A stretch of DNA of 64,000 nt from Candidatus Polarisedimenticolia bacterium. Lineage in GTDB: Bacteria > Acidobacteriota > Polarisedimenticolia > JACPZX01 > DASXTC01. Both the position numbers and the translations under genes were made by a program. Location: contig DATEEA010000083.1 of the NCBI GenBank assembly GCA_035281445.1, forward strand, positions 6,625 to 70,624, given 5' to 3'. The first letter of the stretch is position 1. Each line of letters begins with the position of its first letter. Below, piece after piece: positions 9,089-18,113 of the stretch. The notes below the pieces were generated by a model. It worked only from the letters and a program-made list of their open reading frames with translations, searched no databases and had not been told where the DNA came from.

Positions 9089-11170
9089 TTATCCGAGGCC
9101 GTACTTCTCGATCCGCGAGTAGAGCTGCGCGCGGGTGAGGCCGAGCAGCCGCGCGGCCTTGGACTTGTTCCCCTTGGCCTCGCGCAGCGCCCGCTCCACG
9201 AACTGACGATCGACGCTCTCCAGATCGACGCCGCCTGGAGGGAGGGGGGCCGCCGGGTCGGGCGAGCCGTTGCCGGCCTGAGCGGCGGCGCCCCCGGCCG
9301 GGGCCGGCCGGCCCGGAGCGGCGGGGAGGTGCTCGCGGGTGATGAGGCCGCCGTCGCAGAGCAGGATGGCCCGCTCGATGGCGTTGCGCAGCTCGCGCGC
9401 GTTTCCGGGCCAGGCGTGCCCCATCAGGAACTCCCGGGCGTCGCGTGAGATCCCGGCCGCCGGACGTCCCATGGTGCGCCCCAGATCCTGGAGGAAGGAC
9501 TCGGCCATCGGCAGGATGTCCTCACGCCTCTCGCGCAGCGGGGGCAGCGGGATGCGGAAGACGTTGAGCCGGTAATAGAGGTCCTCGCGGAACTGGCCGC
9601 GGGAGATGGCCGCCTCCAGGTCGCGGTTGGTGGCGGCGATCACCCGGACGTCGGCCTTGAGCGTCCGCGCGCCTCCCAGCCTCTGGAACTCCTTTTCCTG
9701 GAGCACCCGCAGGAGCTTGGCCTGCACCAGGGGGCTCATCTCCCCGATCTCGTCGAGGAAGAGCGTCCCGCCGGCCGCCTGCTCCAGCCGCCCGGCCTTG
9801 GCCGAGAGCGCCCCGGTGAACGCCCCTTTCTCGTGGCCGAACAGCTCCGACTCCAAGAGCTGCTCGGGGAGAGCGGCGCAGTTGATGGCCACGAACGGCC
9901 TGCCGGCGCGCGCAGAGCCCTGGTGGATCAGGCGCGAGACCACCTCCTTGCCGGTCCCCGATTCCCCGGTCACCAGCACCGTGGTCTCGGAGGAGGCCAC
10001 CTTCCCCACGTGCGAGATGACGTCCTTCCAGCTCCGCGACACACCCACGATGCGGGTCTGGAGCCTCTCTTCCATCTCCCGGGTCAGCGTCTGCACGGTG
10101 GCTTCCAGCCGCTCGGCCCGCTCGCGCGCCTCGGCCGCGACCCTGGCCTCCTCCGCCAGGCGATGGTGCGACAGCCCCAAAGCCAGCCGGTCGGCCAGGC
10201 GCCTCGCCACCTCGACGTCGTCGATGCCGTAGCGCCCCGGCTCCCGGTGGAAGAACCCGAGTCCTCCCCGGATCTCGCCGAAGAGCCTCACCGGCACCCG
10301 CAGCCACGAACGCATCCCGCTGGCCAGCAGGATGCGGTCCTTGGCCGAGACCGGCTTCACCTCCGCCGGGATGTCGTGGGCGATCTCGAAGTCGATCTCG
10401 CGCCGGTCCAGCTCTTCGGGGCTGAGCCGTATCGGTCCCGAGGGGACCGGGATGTCGGCGGAGCCGGAGTAGGCCGTCACCTGGATGGTGGCCGTCTTCG
10501 TCTCCAGCTCGGTGAGCACCAGCAGATCGTGGGGCAGGACCGGCTGCACGGTCCGGGAGATCCTCTGGAAGACCTGCCGCACGTCGAGCGACTCGGCCAG
10601 GGTGGCCAGCAGCGACTCCAGCCTGTCGAGCCGCTCGTGGCGGCGCCGCTGCTGGTCCCAGATGCGCCAGTGCTCCACCGCCGAGCCGAGCAGCGCGGCG
10701 ATGGGGCGCAGCACCGCCTGGTGCTCGTCATCGAAGGCGTTGGGCCGGAAGGAGCTCGCCCACACGCCGCCGGTGAACACCCCGTCGCTGTGGAAGGGGG
10801 CCCACAGCGCCGAGCGGACACCGGCGCCCAGGATCCCCGCGTCGATCCGGTAGGAGGGATCCAGCTCCCTGGCGGCGTCGTCGATGCGCGGGATCGGCTC
10901 CGGTCTCGGGCGGAGCCTGGGAGACCAGGCCGACAGCGGCGTGGGATCGGTGCAGGTGGGGTCGTGCTCGTCGCAGGGGACCGTCGCGGCGTGCAGCACG
11001 GCCGAGTCGCCGTTGATGATGCGCACCACCCCCAGGTTGTCCAGCGGGATGACCGCGCGGATGGAGTTGGCCACCCGCCCGAACACCTGCTGGAGCTCGA
11101 GCGTCTCGGAGGCCGTCTCGGCGATTTCCGAGAGGACGGAGGCGATGGTTCGAGGGTCCATGAAACGCAC
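9089..11170 (-). CDS. Sigma-54-dependent transcriptional activator (bEBP) with two N-terminal GAF domains, an AAA+ sigma-54 interaction domain and a C-terminal Fis-type HTH
   Basis: A 693-aa ORF. The central domain carries [19 protein letters not shown] (Walker A) and the [15 protein letters not shown] motif (GAFTGA). The C-terminus has [26 protein letters not shown] (HTH_8). Two GAF-like regions precede the ATPase. Confidence 0.9.
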   Translation of the reverse strand: MRFMDPRTIASVLSEIAETASETLELQQVFGRVANSIRAVIPLDNLGVVRIINGDSAVLHAATVPCDEHDPTCTDPTPLSAWSPRLRPRPEPIPRIDDAARELDPSYRIDAGILGAGVRSALWAPFHSDGVFTGGVWASSFRPNAFDDEHQAVLRPIAALLGSAVEHWRIWDQQRRRHERLDRLESLLATLAESLDVRQVFQRISRTVQPVLPHDLLVLTELETKTATIQVTAYSGSADIPVPSGPIRLSPEELDRREIDFEIAHDIPAEVKPVSAKDRILLASGMRSWLRVPVRLFGEIRGGLGFFHREPGRYGIDDVEVARRLADRLALGLSHHRLAEEARVAAEARERAERLEATVQTLTREMEERLQTRIVGVSRSWKDVISHVGKVASSETTVLVTGESGTGKEVVSRLIHQGSARAGRPFVAINCAALPEQLLESELFGHEKGAFTGALSAKAGRLEQAAGGTLFLDEIGEMSPLVQAKLLRVLQEKEFQRLGGARTLKADVRVIAATNRDLEAAISRGQFREDLYYRLNVFRIPLPPLRERREDILPMAESFLQDLGRTMGRPAAGISRDAREFLMGHAWPGNARELRNAIERAILLCDGGLITREHLPAAPGRPAPAGGAAAQAGNGSPDPAAPLPPGGVDLESVDRQFVERALREAKGNKSKAARLLGLTRAQLYSRIEKYGLG

Positions 11171-11226
11171 AGTTTACCACGCGGGCCGGAGGCTCCCCGG
11201 GACGCGGTCTGGTATCCTGCGCGCCG

Positions 11227-13935
11227 ATGCCGCTGGCGCCCGGCTCCCGCATCGGTCCCTACGAGGTCCTGTCCGCCCTGGGAAGCGGCGGGATGGGGGA
11301 GGTCTATCGCGCCCGGGATCCCCGCCTGCAGCGCGATGTGGCCCTCAAGACGCTCCCGGACGCCGTGGCCGCCGACCCCGACCGGCTGGCCCGGTTCGAG
11401 AGGGAAGCCAAGCTCTCGGCCGGCCTGAACCATCCCCACGTCGCCACGCTGTACGGACTGGAGGAGATCGGCGGGGTCCGGGCGCTGGTCATGGAGCTGG
11501 TGGAGGGGCCCACCCTGGGGGAGAGGATGGCCGGAGGCCGCATCCCTCTCGAGGAGATCCTCCTCATCGCGCTGCAGATGTCCGAAGCGCTCGAGGCCGC
11601 CCACGAGCGGGGCGTCATCCACCGGGATCTCAAGCCCGCCAACGTGAAGCTGACCGCCGGCGGCGCCGTGAAGGTCCTCGACTTCGGCCTGGGCAAGGCG
11701 CTGGCAGGCGAGACGTCCGCCTCCGCTCCAGGGGCCGGCCCCGTCACGGCGCTCCCCACGGTCACCTCCGACAGGACGCAGGCCGGCATCATCCTGGGGA
11801 CGGCGGCCTACATGAGCCCCGAGCAGGCCAAGGGGCGCCCCGCCGACCGGAGGAGCGACATCTGGTCCTTCGGGGTGGTGCTGTACGAATGCCTGACGGG
11901 CAGGAGGCTCTTCGCCGCCGAGACGGTGTCCGAGACGCTGGCCTCGGTCATCCGCGACGAGCCCGATTTTGGCGCGCTGGCGCCCGGCACCCCCCCGCGG
12001 CTGCGCGCTCTGCTGGAGCGCTGCCTGGTGAAGGATCCCCGCCGCAGGCTCCAGGCGATCGGCGACGCGCGGGTGGAGCTGGAGGACCTGCTGCATGGCG
12101 CCGGCGGGCCGCCGGGCGGCGTCCACGAGACCCGGGGCGCCTCCGCGGCCCGGCGCTCTCTCCTGCTGAACGTGGCGCCCTGGGGCCTGGCCGCCGCGGT
12201 GACGGCGGGACTCTGGATGGCGATGTCCGGGGCCGGCGGCCCTTCCGCGCCTCCCGGCGAGCCGGTGCGGCGCGTGGAGATCCAGGGGATCTCGGTGGTC
12301 TCCTCGAGCAACGTGGCCATCTCCCCCGACGGCTCGAGCATCGTCTCCTACGACGTGACCCCGGGCGCCCCGGGGCTGCTGCGCCGCCGGCTCGACAGCT
12401 ACGACGTCCAGCTGATCCAGGGGACCGAGGCCGGTTTCAACCCCTTCTTCTCGCCCGACGGCCGGACTTTGGGGTTCTTCTCGGGCAAGCGGCTCTGCGT
12501 CGTGCCGCTGGAAGGCGGAGTCAGGCGCTGCCTGGCCGCGGCGGACGGCTACGCGACCGGATCCTGGGGCGAGGACGGCACCATCGTCTTCCAGCACCAT
12601 CCCGCCGGCAGCGGCGAGAAGAGCGGGCTCATGAAGGTGCCGGCCTCCGGCGGGACCGCCTCGTGGCTCACAGAGGTGGCGCGCGCGGGGGGGGAGCTGG
12701 AGCACCGCTACCCCCAGATCCTCCCCGGCGGCCGGCACGTCCTGTTGTCCGTGTACCGGGGCCTGCGGGACGTGGACACCGCGGTGGTGCCGCTGGCGGG
12801 GGGAGAGCCCAAGGTGGTCCTGCCCAAGACGGTCCGCGCCAGGTACGTGCCCACCGGGCACCTCGTGTACGTGGACGGCGCCACCGCCGTGGTGCGGGCC
12901 GTCCCCTTCGACCTGGGCGCCATGGCCGCGACCGGACCGCCCGTGGACGTGGTGCGGGACATCTACAGCCCGGCCGACTCCATCCCCGCCTTCGAGATCT
13001 CGGCCGAGGGGACCTTGCTCTACTCCACGGGCGGTCAGTTCGGCGAGGACTTCTCGGTGGTCCGGGTGGACCGCAGCGGGCTGGTCACCCCACTGGTGGA
13101 GGAGCTGGCGAGCTGGACCCAGCCCCGCGTCTCCCCCGACGGCCGGACGCTGCTGCTGCGTCGCGCCGAGCAGCCGGACTGCCATCTCTGGCTGCTCGAT
13201 CTGGAGCGCAAGGCGCTCACCAGGCTGACCATGGACGGGGACCATCACAACGCCCTGTGGGTGGGCGACGGCGCGGAGATCGCCTTCTCCATCCAGCGGT
13301 CGCAGGACCGGGTGCGGCAGCTCTTCGCCCTTCCCTCCGATGGGGGCGGCGCGCCGAGGAGCCTGGCCGTCATGGACTACCCCGCCGTCCCCGGGTCGAT
13401 GACGCCCGACGGGCGGTACCTTGCGGTGTCGCACGACGACCGCAGGGAGCGCAACGACATCGACGTGATCGATATGAAGACCGGGCAGGCCAGGGCCTTC
13501 CTGGCCACGGAGCACGACGAGGATCACCCGGACTTCTCTCCCGACGGCCGGTGGGTGGCCTACACGTCCAACGAGACAGGGCGGGCCGAGGTGTACGTGA
13601 GACCGTTTCAGGGCTCCGGCGCCAAGTACCGCGTCTCCACCGGCGGCGGGACCGGGGCGGTCTGGTCGCGCGACGGCCGCGAGCTGTTCTACGCGGAGGG
13701 GATCCGCCTGATGCGGGCGGTCATCGCCACCCAGCCCCGCTTCACCGCCTCCACCCCCGAGCCGGTCGTGGAGAACGCCCAGTTCGTCTGGGAGCGGGTG
13801 CGCAACTACGACGTCACGTCCGACGGCCGCTCCTTCGTCATGATCCGCCGCGCGGGCTCCACCGGCAGGACACTGCGCGTGGTGAGCGGCTGGTTCACCG
13901 AGCTGCGGCGCATGGCCCCGGGCCGGGATCGGTGA
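11227..13935 (+). CDS. Ser/Thr protein kinase fused to a C-terminal TolB-like WD40/PD40 beta-propeller
   Basis: A 902-aa ORF. The N-terminal Hanks kinase motifs are GSGGMGEVYRA, VALK, HRDLKPANV, DFGL and SPEQ. A predicted TM segment lies near residue 320. The C-terminal half has PD40-type repeats (SPDGR, FSPDGR...). Confidence 0.85.
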   Translation: MPLAPGSRIGPYEVLSALGSGGMGEVYRARDPRLQRDVALKTLPDAVAADPDRLARFEREAKLSAGLNHPHVATLYGLEEIGGVRALVMELVEGPTLGERMAGGRIPLEEILLIALQMSEALEAAHERGVIHRDLKPANVKLTAGGAVKVLDFGLGKALAGETSASAPGAGPVTALPTVTSDRTQAGIILGTAAYMSPEQAKGRPADRRSDIWSFGVVLYECLTGRRLFAAETVSETLASVIRDEPDFGALAPGTPPRLRALLERCLVKDPRRRLQAIGDARVELEDLLHGAGGPPGGVHETRGASAARRSLLLNVAPWGLAAAVTAGLWMAMSGAGGPSAPPGEPVRRVEIQGISVVSSSNVAISPDGSSIVSYDVTPGAPGLLRRRLDSYDVQLIQGTEAGFNPFFSPDGRTLGFFSGKRLCVVPLEGGVRRCLAAADGYATGSWGEDGTIVFQHHPAGSGEKSGLMKVPASGGTASWLTEVARAGGELEHRYPQILPGGRHVLLSVYRGLRDVDTAVVPLAGGEPKVVLPKTVRARYVPTGHLVYVDGATAVVRAVPFDLGAMAATGPPVDVVRDIYSPADSIPAFEISAEGTLLYSTGGQFGEDFSVVRVDRSGLVTPLVEELASWTQPRVSPDGRTLLLRRAEQPDCHLWLLDLERKALTRLTMDGDHHNALWVGDGAEIAFSIQRSQDRVRQLFALPSDGGGAPRSLAVMDYPAVPGSMTPDGRYLAVSHDDRRERNDIDVIDMKTGQARAFLATEHDEDHPDFSPDGRWVAYTSNETGRAEVYVRPFQGSGAKYRVSTGGGTGAVWSRDGRELFYAEGIRLMRAVIATQPRFTASTPEPVVENAQFVWERVRNYDVTSDGRSFVMIRRAGSTGRTLRVVSGWFTELRRMAPGRDR

Positions 13936-14029
13936 CCGGCGGCCCCGCCGGGACCTCCCCCGGGGCAGGCGCGCCACGTGCCGCCACGCCCTCCCTCAGG
14001 CGGCGGCGCCGGCCGTATACAATCAGCGC

Positions 14030-14500
14030 ATGGTGCGCATCCTCGTGGACGCCGACGCCTGTCCGGTGAAGGAGGAGATCTACCGGCTGGCGATCCGTCA
14101 CGACCTCGACGTCGTCATGGTGACCCACGGGCCGCTGCGGGTCCCCCGGCGCGGGCGGATCCAGCGAGTCCAGGTGGCCCGCGGCCTCGACGCCGCCGAC
14201 GACTGGATCGCGGATCAGGCGGGCCCCGGCGACATCGTGATCACCGCCGACGTGCCGCTGGCCAGGCGCTGCCTGGACAAGGGAGCCCGCGTGATCGCTC
14301 CGTACGGGCAGGTCTTCACGCCCGAGTCGATCGGCGACATGCTGGCGCACCGGGATCTGCTGGAGAATCTCCGCCAAGCGGGCGTCGTCACCGGGGGGCC
14401 TGCCGCGTATGCCGCTTCCGACAGGACCCGCTTCCTCTCCCGGCTGGGAGAGGCGATCCACGCGCTCAAGCAGGCCGAGGTCGATCAGAGCCCGGGGTAG
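14030..14500 (+). CDS. YaiI/YqgV family protein (UPF0178, DUF188)
   Basis: A 156-aa ORF starting MVRILVDADACPVKEEIYRLA, characteristic of the YaiI family. Confidence 0.75.
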   Translation: MVRILVDADACPVKEEIYRLAIRHDLDVVMVTHGPLRVPRRGRIQRVQVARGLDAADDWIADQAGPGDIVITADVPLARRCLDKGARVIAPYGQVFTPESIGDMLAHRDLLENLRQAGVVTGGPAAYAASDRTRFLSRLGEAIHALKQAEVDQSPG

Positions 14501-15237
14501 AGGCCCAGGTAGATGAGGACCAGGTCGAGCGTGTCCTGCACCCCGTGGGCGATGATCGGGACGGCCAGCCGCCGGCCGCAGGCCAGGTAGAGCCCCCCCA
14601 GCAGCCATCCGTTCCAGGTGTTCTCCATCATCCCGGTGATCCCCTGGTCGATGTGACCGGCGCCGAACAGCAGGCCGACGGCGGCCAGGCTCGTCCACCA
14701 GGCCGCCCTCGAGCCGCCCAGCAGCCCGGCGGCGCGGCTCATCAGGAAGCCGCGGTAGACAGCCTCTTCTCCCAGGGCTGCCACCACCCACGCGAGCAGC
14801 AGCGCGAGCCCCAGCACCGCCAGGTTTCCCTCGATGACCAGCAGGTCGCTGAGGTCGGGCGGCTGTCCCGCCCACCACGTGGCCAGCGGGTGGGTGACGG
14901 TCAGCTCGATCAGCGACATGCAGGACCCGGCCAGACACCCCAGCGCGAGCGCGCGCCGCATGTCGGCCGGGCGATGCAGCCCCACGTCGCGCCAGCGCAG
15001 GCCGCGCAGCCGCAGCGAGGCCCACCCGAGCAGGAGGAGGAACGGGGTCTTGCTGAAGGGGACCATCCGCGCGGCGTCCGCGGCGAACAGAGCGGCCACG
15101 GCGGCGGCCTCGGCCGCGGCCAGCAGGCGGCCGGCGGTGCGGCCGCGGCGAGCGCTGCCCGGGCGGCGATCCGTCTCTTGTGCCGGGTGCCCGCCCTCGA
15201 GGCTCATCGCGCTTCCCTCCGGATCCAAGCCGTCCAT
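14485..15237 (-). CDS. CPBP family intramembrane metalloprotease (CAAX protease-like)
   Basis: It carries the three CPBP motifs: EExxxR (GEEAVYRGF), FxxxH (FGAGHIDQG) and HxxxD (HGVQDTLD), in a multi-TM protein. The start is uncertain (M at 15237 or 15207). The 3' end overlaps the YaiI 3' end by 16 nt. Confidence 0.65.
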   Translation of the reverse strand: MDGLDPEGSAMSLEGGHPAQETDRRPGSARRGRTAGRLLAAAEAAAVAALFAADAARMVPFSKTPFLLLLGWASLRLRGLRWRDVGLHRPADMRRALALGCLAGSCMSLIELTVTHPLATWWAGQPPDLSDLLVIEGNLAVLGLALLLAWVVAALGEEAVYRGFLMSRAAGLLGGSRAAWWTSLAAVGLLFGAGHIDQGITGMMENTWNGWLLGGLYLACGRRLAVPIIAHGVQDTLDLVLIYLGLYPGL

Positions 15238-15276
15238 GCGAGGTGGCCCGCCCCGGCCGCGGAGACGGGCCGGGAA

Positions 15277-16398
15277 TCAGCCGGTCAGGACGGCCGCCAG
15301 CAGCGTGAGGTCGTCGGCCGGCGGTCTCCCGGCGCGGAACTCCGTCTCGGCGGCCAGCAGCCCTTCGAGGAGCGGGGCGCCTCCCTGAGGGTGCCGGCGA
15401 ACGACGTCCCGCAGCCGCTGGTCGCCGAAAAAGGCGTGATCGGTGGAAGCCTCGGTGAGGCCGTCGGTGTACAGGAGCCACCGATCCCCCGGGCCCGCCG
15501 GGACGCTGCGCCGGACCCAGGACGCACCGTCGAGCGCGGGCGACACGATGGGGCCCGTGGGCGGCAGCTCCACGGCGGGGCGCGAGTCTCCCCACAGGAT
15601 CCCCGGAGGGTGCCCGGCGTTGACGTAGTCGATCCGGCCGGCCGCGGCGTCCACGCAAAGGCAGATCAGGGTGACGAATCGGCCGGGGCCGAACGGTCCC
15701 AGGGCCGAGGCGATCGCCGCCGCCACCGCCTCGGGGGCCTGGCCGCCGCCAATGGCGCCATGGAAGGAAGACTTCACCAGCCCCGTCAGCATCGCCGCCG
15801 ACCCGCCGTGGCCCGACACGTCGGCCACCATCATGGCCGCCCGCCCGCCGCCGCAGAGGGCGTAGTCGTAGAGATCGCCGGCCAGCTCGGTGCAGGGCCT
15901 CAGCCGGCAGGACAGCGCCACCCCGGCCACGGTGGCCTCGGCCGGCGGGAGGAGGCTCTGTTGGAAGGCCCTGGCCTCCGACAGCTCGTCCTGCAGCCGC
16001 CTGATGTGGGCGCGGTTCTGCTCGCGCAGCGCGCGCTGCTCGAGGCAGCGCTCGACCAGGGTGCGCAGCAGCTCGGAGTCGAACGGCTTCTGGATGAAGT
16101 AGAAGGCGTTCTCGCGGATCGATCGGATGACCTTCTGATCCACGTCGGTCATGCTGCCGGTCATGAGGATGGCGTCCAGGCCCGGGACGGTCCGCTTGAG
16201 GCGCCCCAGCAGCTCGAATCCGTCGATGTCCGGGAGCCGGATGTCGAGGATGGCCAGGTCCGGCTCCAGGCGGGTCGCGGAGGCGAGCGCCTCCCTGGCC
16301 GAGGTGAACGAGGCCACGCTGTGCCGCGGCCCCAGCACGCGCTGCACCGCCCGCAGCATTCCCGGCTGGTCGTCGACGACCAGGATCCTCGCCTTCAC
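15277..16398 (-). CDS. Response regulator: N-terminal REC receiver with a C-terminal PP2C/SpoIIE-type phosphatase output (RsbU-like)
   Basis: The REC domain reads MKARILVVDDQPGMLRAV...DLAILDIRLPDIDGFEL. The C-terminal PP2C region contains ADVSGHGGSAAM and YTDGLTEA. The start overlaps the stop of the upstream kinase gene. Confidence 0.8.
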   Translation of the reverse strand: MKARILVVDDQPGMLRAVQRVLGPRHSVASFTSAREALASATRLEPDLAILDIRLPDIDGFELLGRLKRTVPGLDAILMTGSMTDVDQKVIRSIRENAFYFIQKPFDSELLRTLVERCLEQRALREQNRAHIRRLQDELSEARAFQQSLLPPAEATVAGVALSCRLRPCTELAGDLYDYALCGGGRAAMMVADVSGHGGSAAMLTGLVKSSFHGAIGGGQAPEAVAAAIASALGPFGPGRFVTLICLCVDAAAGRIDYVNAGHPPGILWGDSRPAVELPPTGPIVSPALDGASWVRRSVPAGPGDRWLLYTDGLTEASTDHAFFGDQRLRDVVRRHPQGGAPLLEGLLAAETEFRAGRPPADDLTLLAAVLTG

Positions 16399-18077
16399 GC
16401 GCCCTCCTCGGCGGACCGGCCCGGCCTCGCGCGGGGGATGAGCAGCCGCACGCGGGTCCCCCGGCCCACCTCGCTCTCGATGGCCATGTCGCCGTTCATC
16501 TGCCAGACCAGCGAGCGGCAGATGGAGAGACCCAGGCCGCTCCCCTCCGCCTTGGTGGTGAAGAACGGCTCCTGGATGCGCGGGAGGTCGGCCGGCGGGA
16601 TGCCGTGGCCCGTGTCCTCAACCACGATCTCCACGCCGGAGCCGTGGGAGCGGGCTCGCACGGACAGCCTTCCTCCCGACGGCATCGCCTCGCGGGCGTT
16701 GTTGATCAGGTTGAACAGGATGCGCTCGATGTCGCTCTGGCCGCCCGCCAGGGCCGGGAGCCCCTCGGGCACTTCGAGCACCACGCGCACGCCGCGGCGG
16801 TCCAGGCCGTCCTGGAGGATGGCCAGCGTCCCGCGCACCGCGCGGGCCAGGTCGATCCCCGAGGGGCCCTGGCCCGCGTGGCGGGCGAAGGCCAGCATCC
16901 CCCCGAAGATCCTCCGGCAGAGCTGCAGCGACTCCTGCACCTGCGCCAGGTCCTGGACGAGCTCGGCCGCGTCCAGCCGGCCCTCCTTCAGGTCGGAGAG
17001 CATCTGCTGCACGAGGGGGAGCGCCGACCCCAGGGCGTTGTTCACGTCGTGGGAGACGCCCCGGGCCAGATCGGCCATGGCGTGCTTGCGCTCCGCCTCC
17101 AAAATCCTTTCCTGGAGCGAGAGGGAGCGGTGCACGTTGTGGATGGCGATGGCGGCCTCGGAGCGGAACCCGTCGAGGAGCTCCGCCTCGTAGGGGCCGA
17201 AGCTGCGGGGATGCCGGGAGGCGATCCGCAGCGCCCCGATGGCCGTCCCGCGGGCCACCAGCGCCGCCAGCAGCACCGCCCCGGCGGGAGCGCCGGGTTC
17301 CACGGCTCCGGCCGGGCCGTCCAGCAGCGGCGACAACGCCTCCGGCTCCGCTCCCAGCCAGGCCCGCCAGCGTCCCTCGACCCGGTCGAAGCCGAAGATC
17401 TCCCCGCGCGCCAGGAGAGCCAGCCCCTCGGGTGAGAGGGCCACCCTGGCTCCGATGCGCGCGCTCTTGCCCTTGTGCCAGGCGATCTGCTCCGCCTCCA
17501 GCCGCAGCGCCGGCTCGGCCGCGTCCAGGATGAGCAGCGCCGAGGAGTGGTCGTAGCGGGTGAGAGAGCGCAGCCCGTGGAGGATCTGGTAGAGGAGGTC
17601 CTTGGGACGCAGCTCCTCCATGATCTTGCGATCGATGCGGGACCGGACGTCGATGATCCGTTCACGGTCGATCCGCTCGATGGCCTCTGTGAGCGCCACG
17701 GCCAGCTTGCACAGCGCCCGGCCGTCCCCCTTCTGGAAGGGAGCGCTTCGGGACAGGGCCAGCGCGCCCCAGGAGCGCCCCCGGCGCCGCACCGGAGCCA
17801 GCAGGAAGCCGCCGGGGACACGGGGATGGGTCTCGCGGATGAACGCCGCCAGCAGCGCTTCATCCCATGGCGCGCCCGCGGGGAGGGAGAAGGTCACGCG
17901 CGCCGCCGGCTCGCCGTGGGGCAGCCACGCGGCGCAGCCGGCGTCGGCCCGGAAGAACTCCCGGGCGGCGCGCAGCGTGTAGCGCATCGCCGCTCCGGTG
18001 TCGCGCATCGGCTTGAGCGCGGCGCCGAGCGATTCCAGCCTGACATACAGGTCGAGCCGGCGCTGGTCGGTGGGCAT
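16395..18077 (-). CDS. Sensor histidine kinase with GAF domain(s) (HisKA + HATPase_c)
   Basis: A 560-aa ORF. It has an H-box (MADLARGVSHDVNNALGSA) and N/G boxes (LFNLINNAREAM, VEDTGHGIP, GSGLGLSI). The upstream region resembles GAF. It is translationally coupled to the REC-PP2C gene. Confidence 0.85.
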   Translation of the reverse strand: MPTDQRRLDLYVRLESLGAALKPMRDTGAAMRYTLRAAREFFRADAGCAAWLPHGEPAARVTFSLPAGAPWDEALLAAFIRETHPRVPGGFLLAPVRRRGRSWGALALSRSAPFQKGDGRALCKLAVALTEAIERIDRERIIDVRSRIDRKIMEELRPKDLLYQILHGLRSLTRYDHSSALLILDAAEPALRLEAEQIAWHKGKSARIGARVALSPEGLALLARGEIFGFDRVEGRWRAWLGAEPEALSPLLDGPAGAVEPGAPAGAVLLAALVARGTAIGALRIASRHPRSFGPYEAELLDGFRSEAAIAIHNVHRSLSLQERILEAERKHAMADLARGVSHDVNNALGSALPLVQQMLSDLKEGRLDAAELVQDLAQVQESLQLCRRIFGGMLAFARHAGQGPSGIDLARAVRGTLAILQDGLDRRGVRVVLEVPEGLPALAGGQSDIERILFNLINNAREAMPSGGRLSVRARSHGSGVEIVVEDTGHGIPPADLPRIQEPFFTTKAEGSGLGLSICRSLVWQMNGDMAIESEVGRGTRVRLLIPRARPGRSAEEGA

Positions 18078-18113
18078 CGAGCGGGTCTCCGCCGGGCTCG
18101 CGGCGGAGCCGGG

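Noticed and set aside
10477-14069. Very long ORFs on both strands (10477..13977 minus, 1166 aa; 10884..14069 plus, 1061 aa) overlapping the kinase-PD40 and bEBP genes
   Set aside because: Arg/Gly/Pro/Ala-rich translations are typical of out-of-frame or antisense reading of 70% GC DNA. There are no domain signatures, and they overlap well-supported genes.
13895-15658. 587-aa ORF on the minus strand spanning YaiI and CPBP
   Set aside because: The translation is almost entirely Arg/Pro/Gly. It is antisense or out of frame to two genes with clear family motifs.
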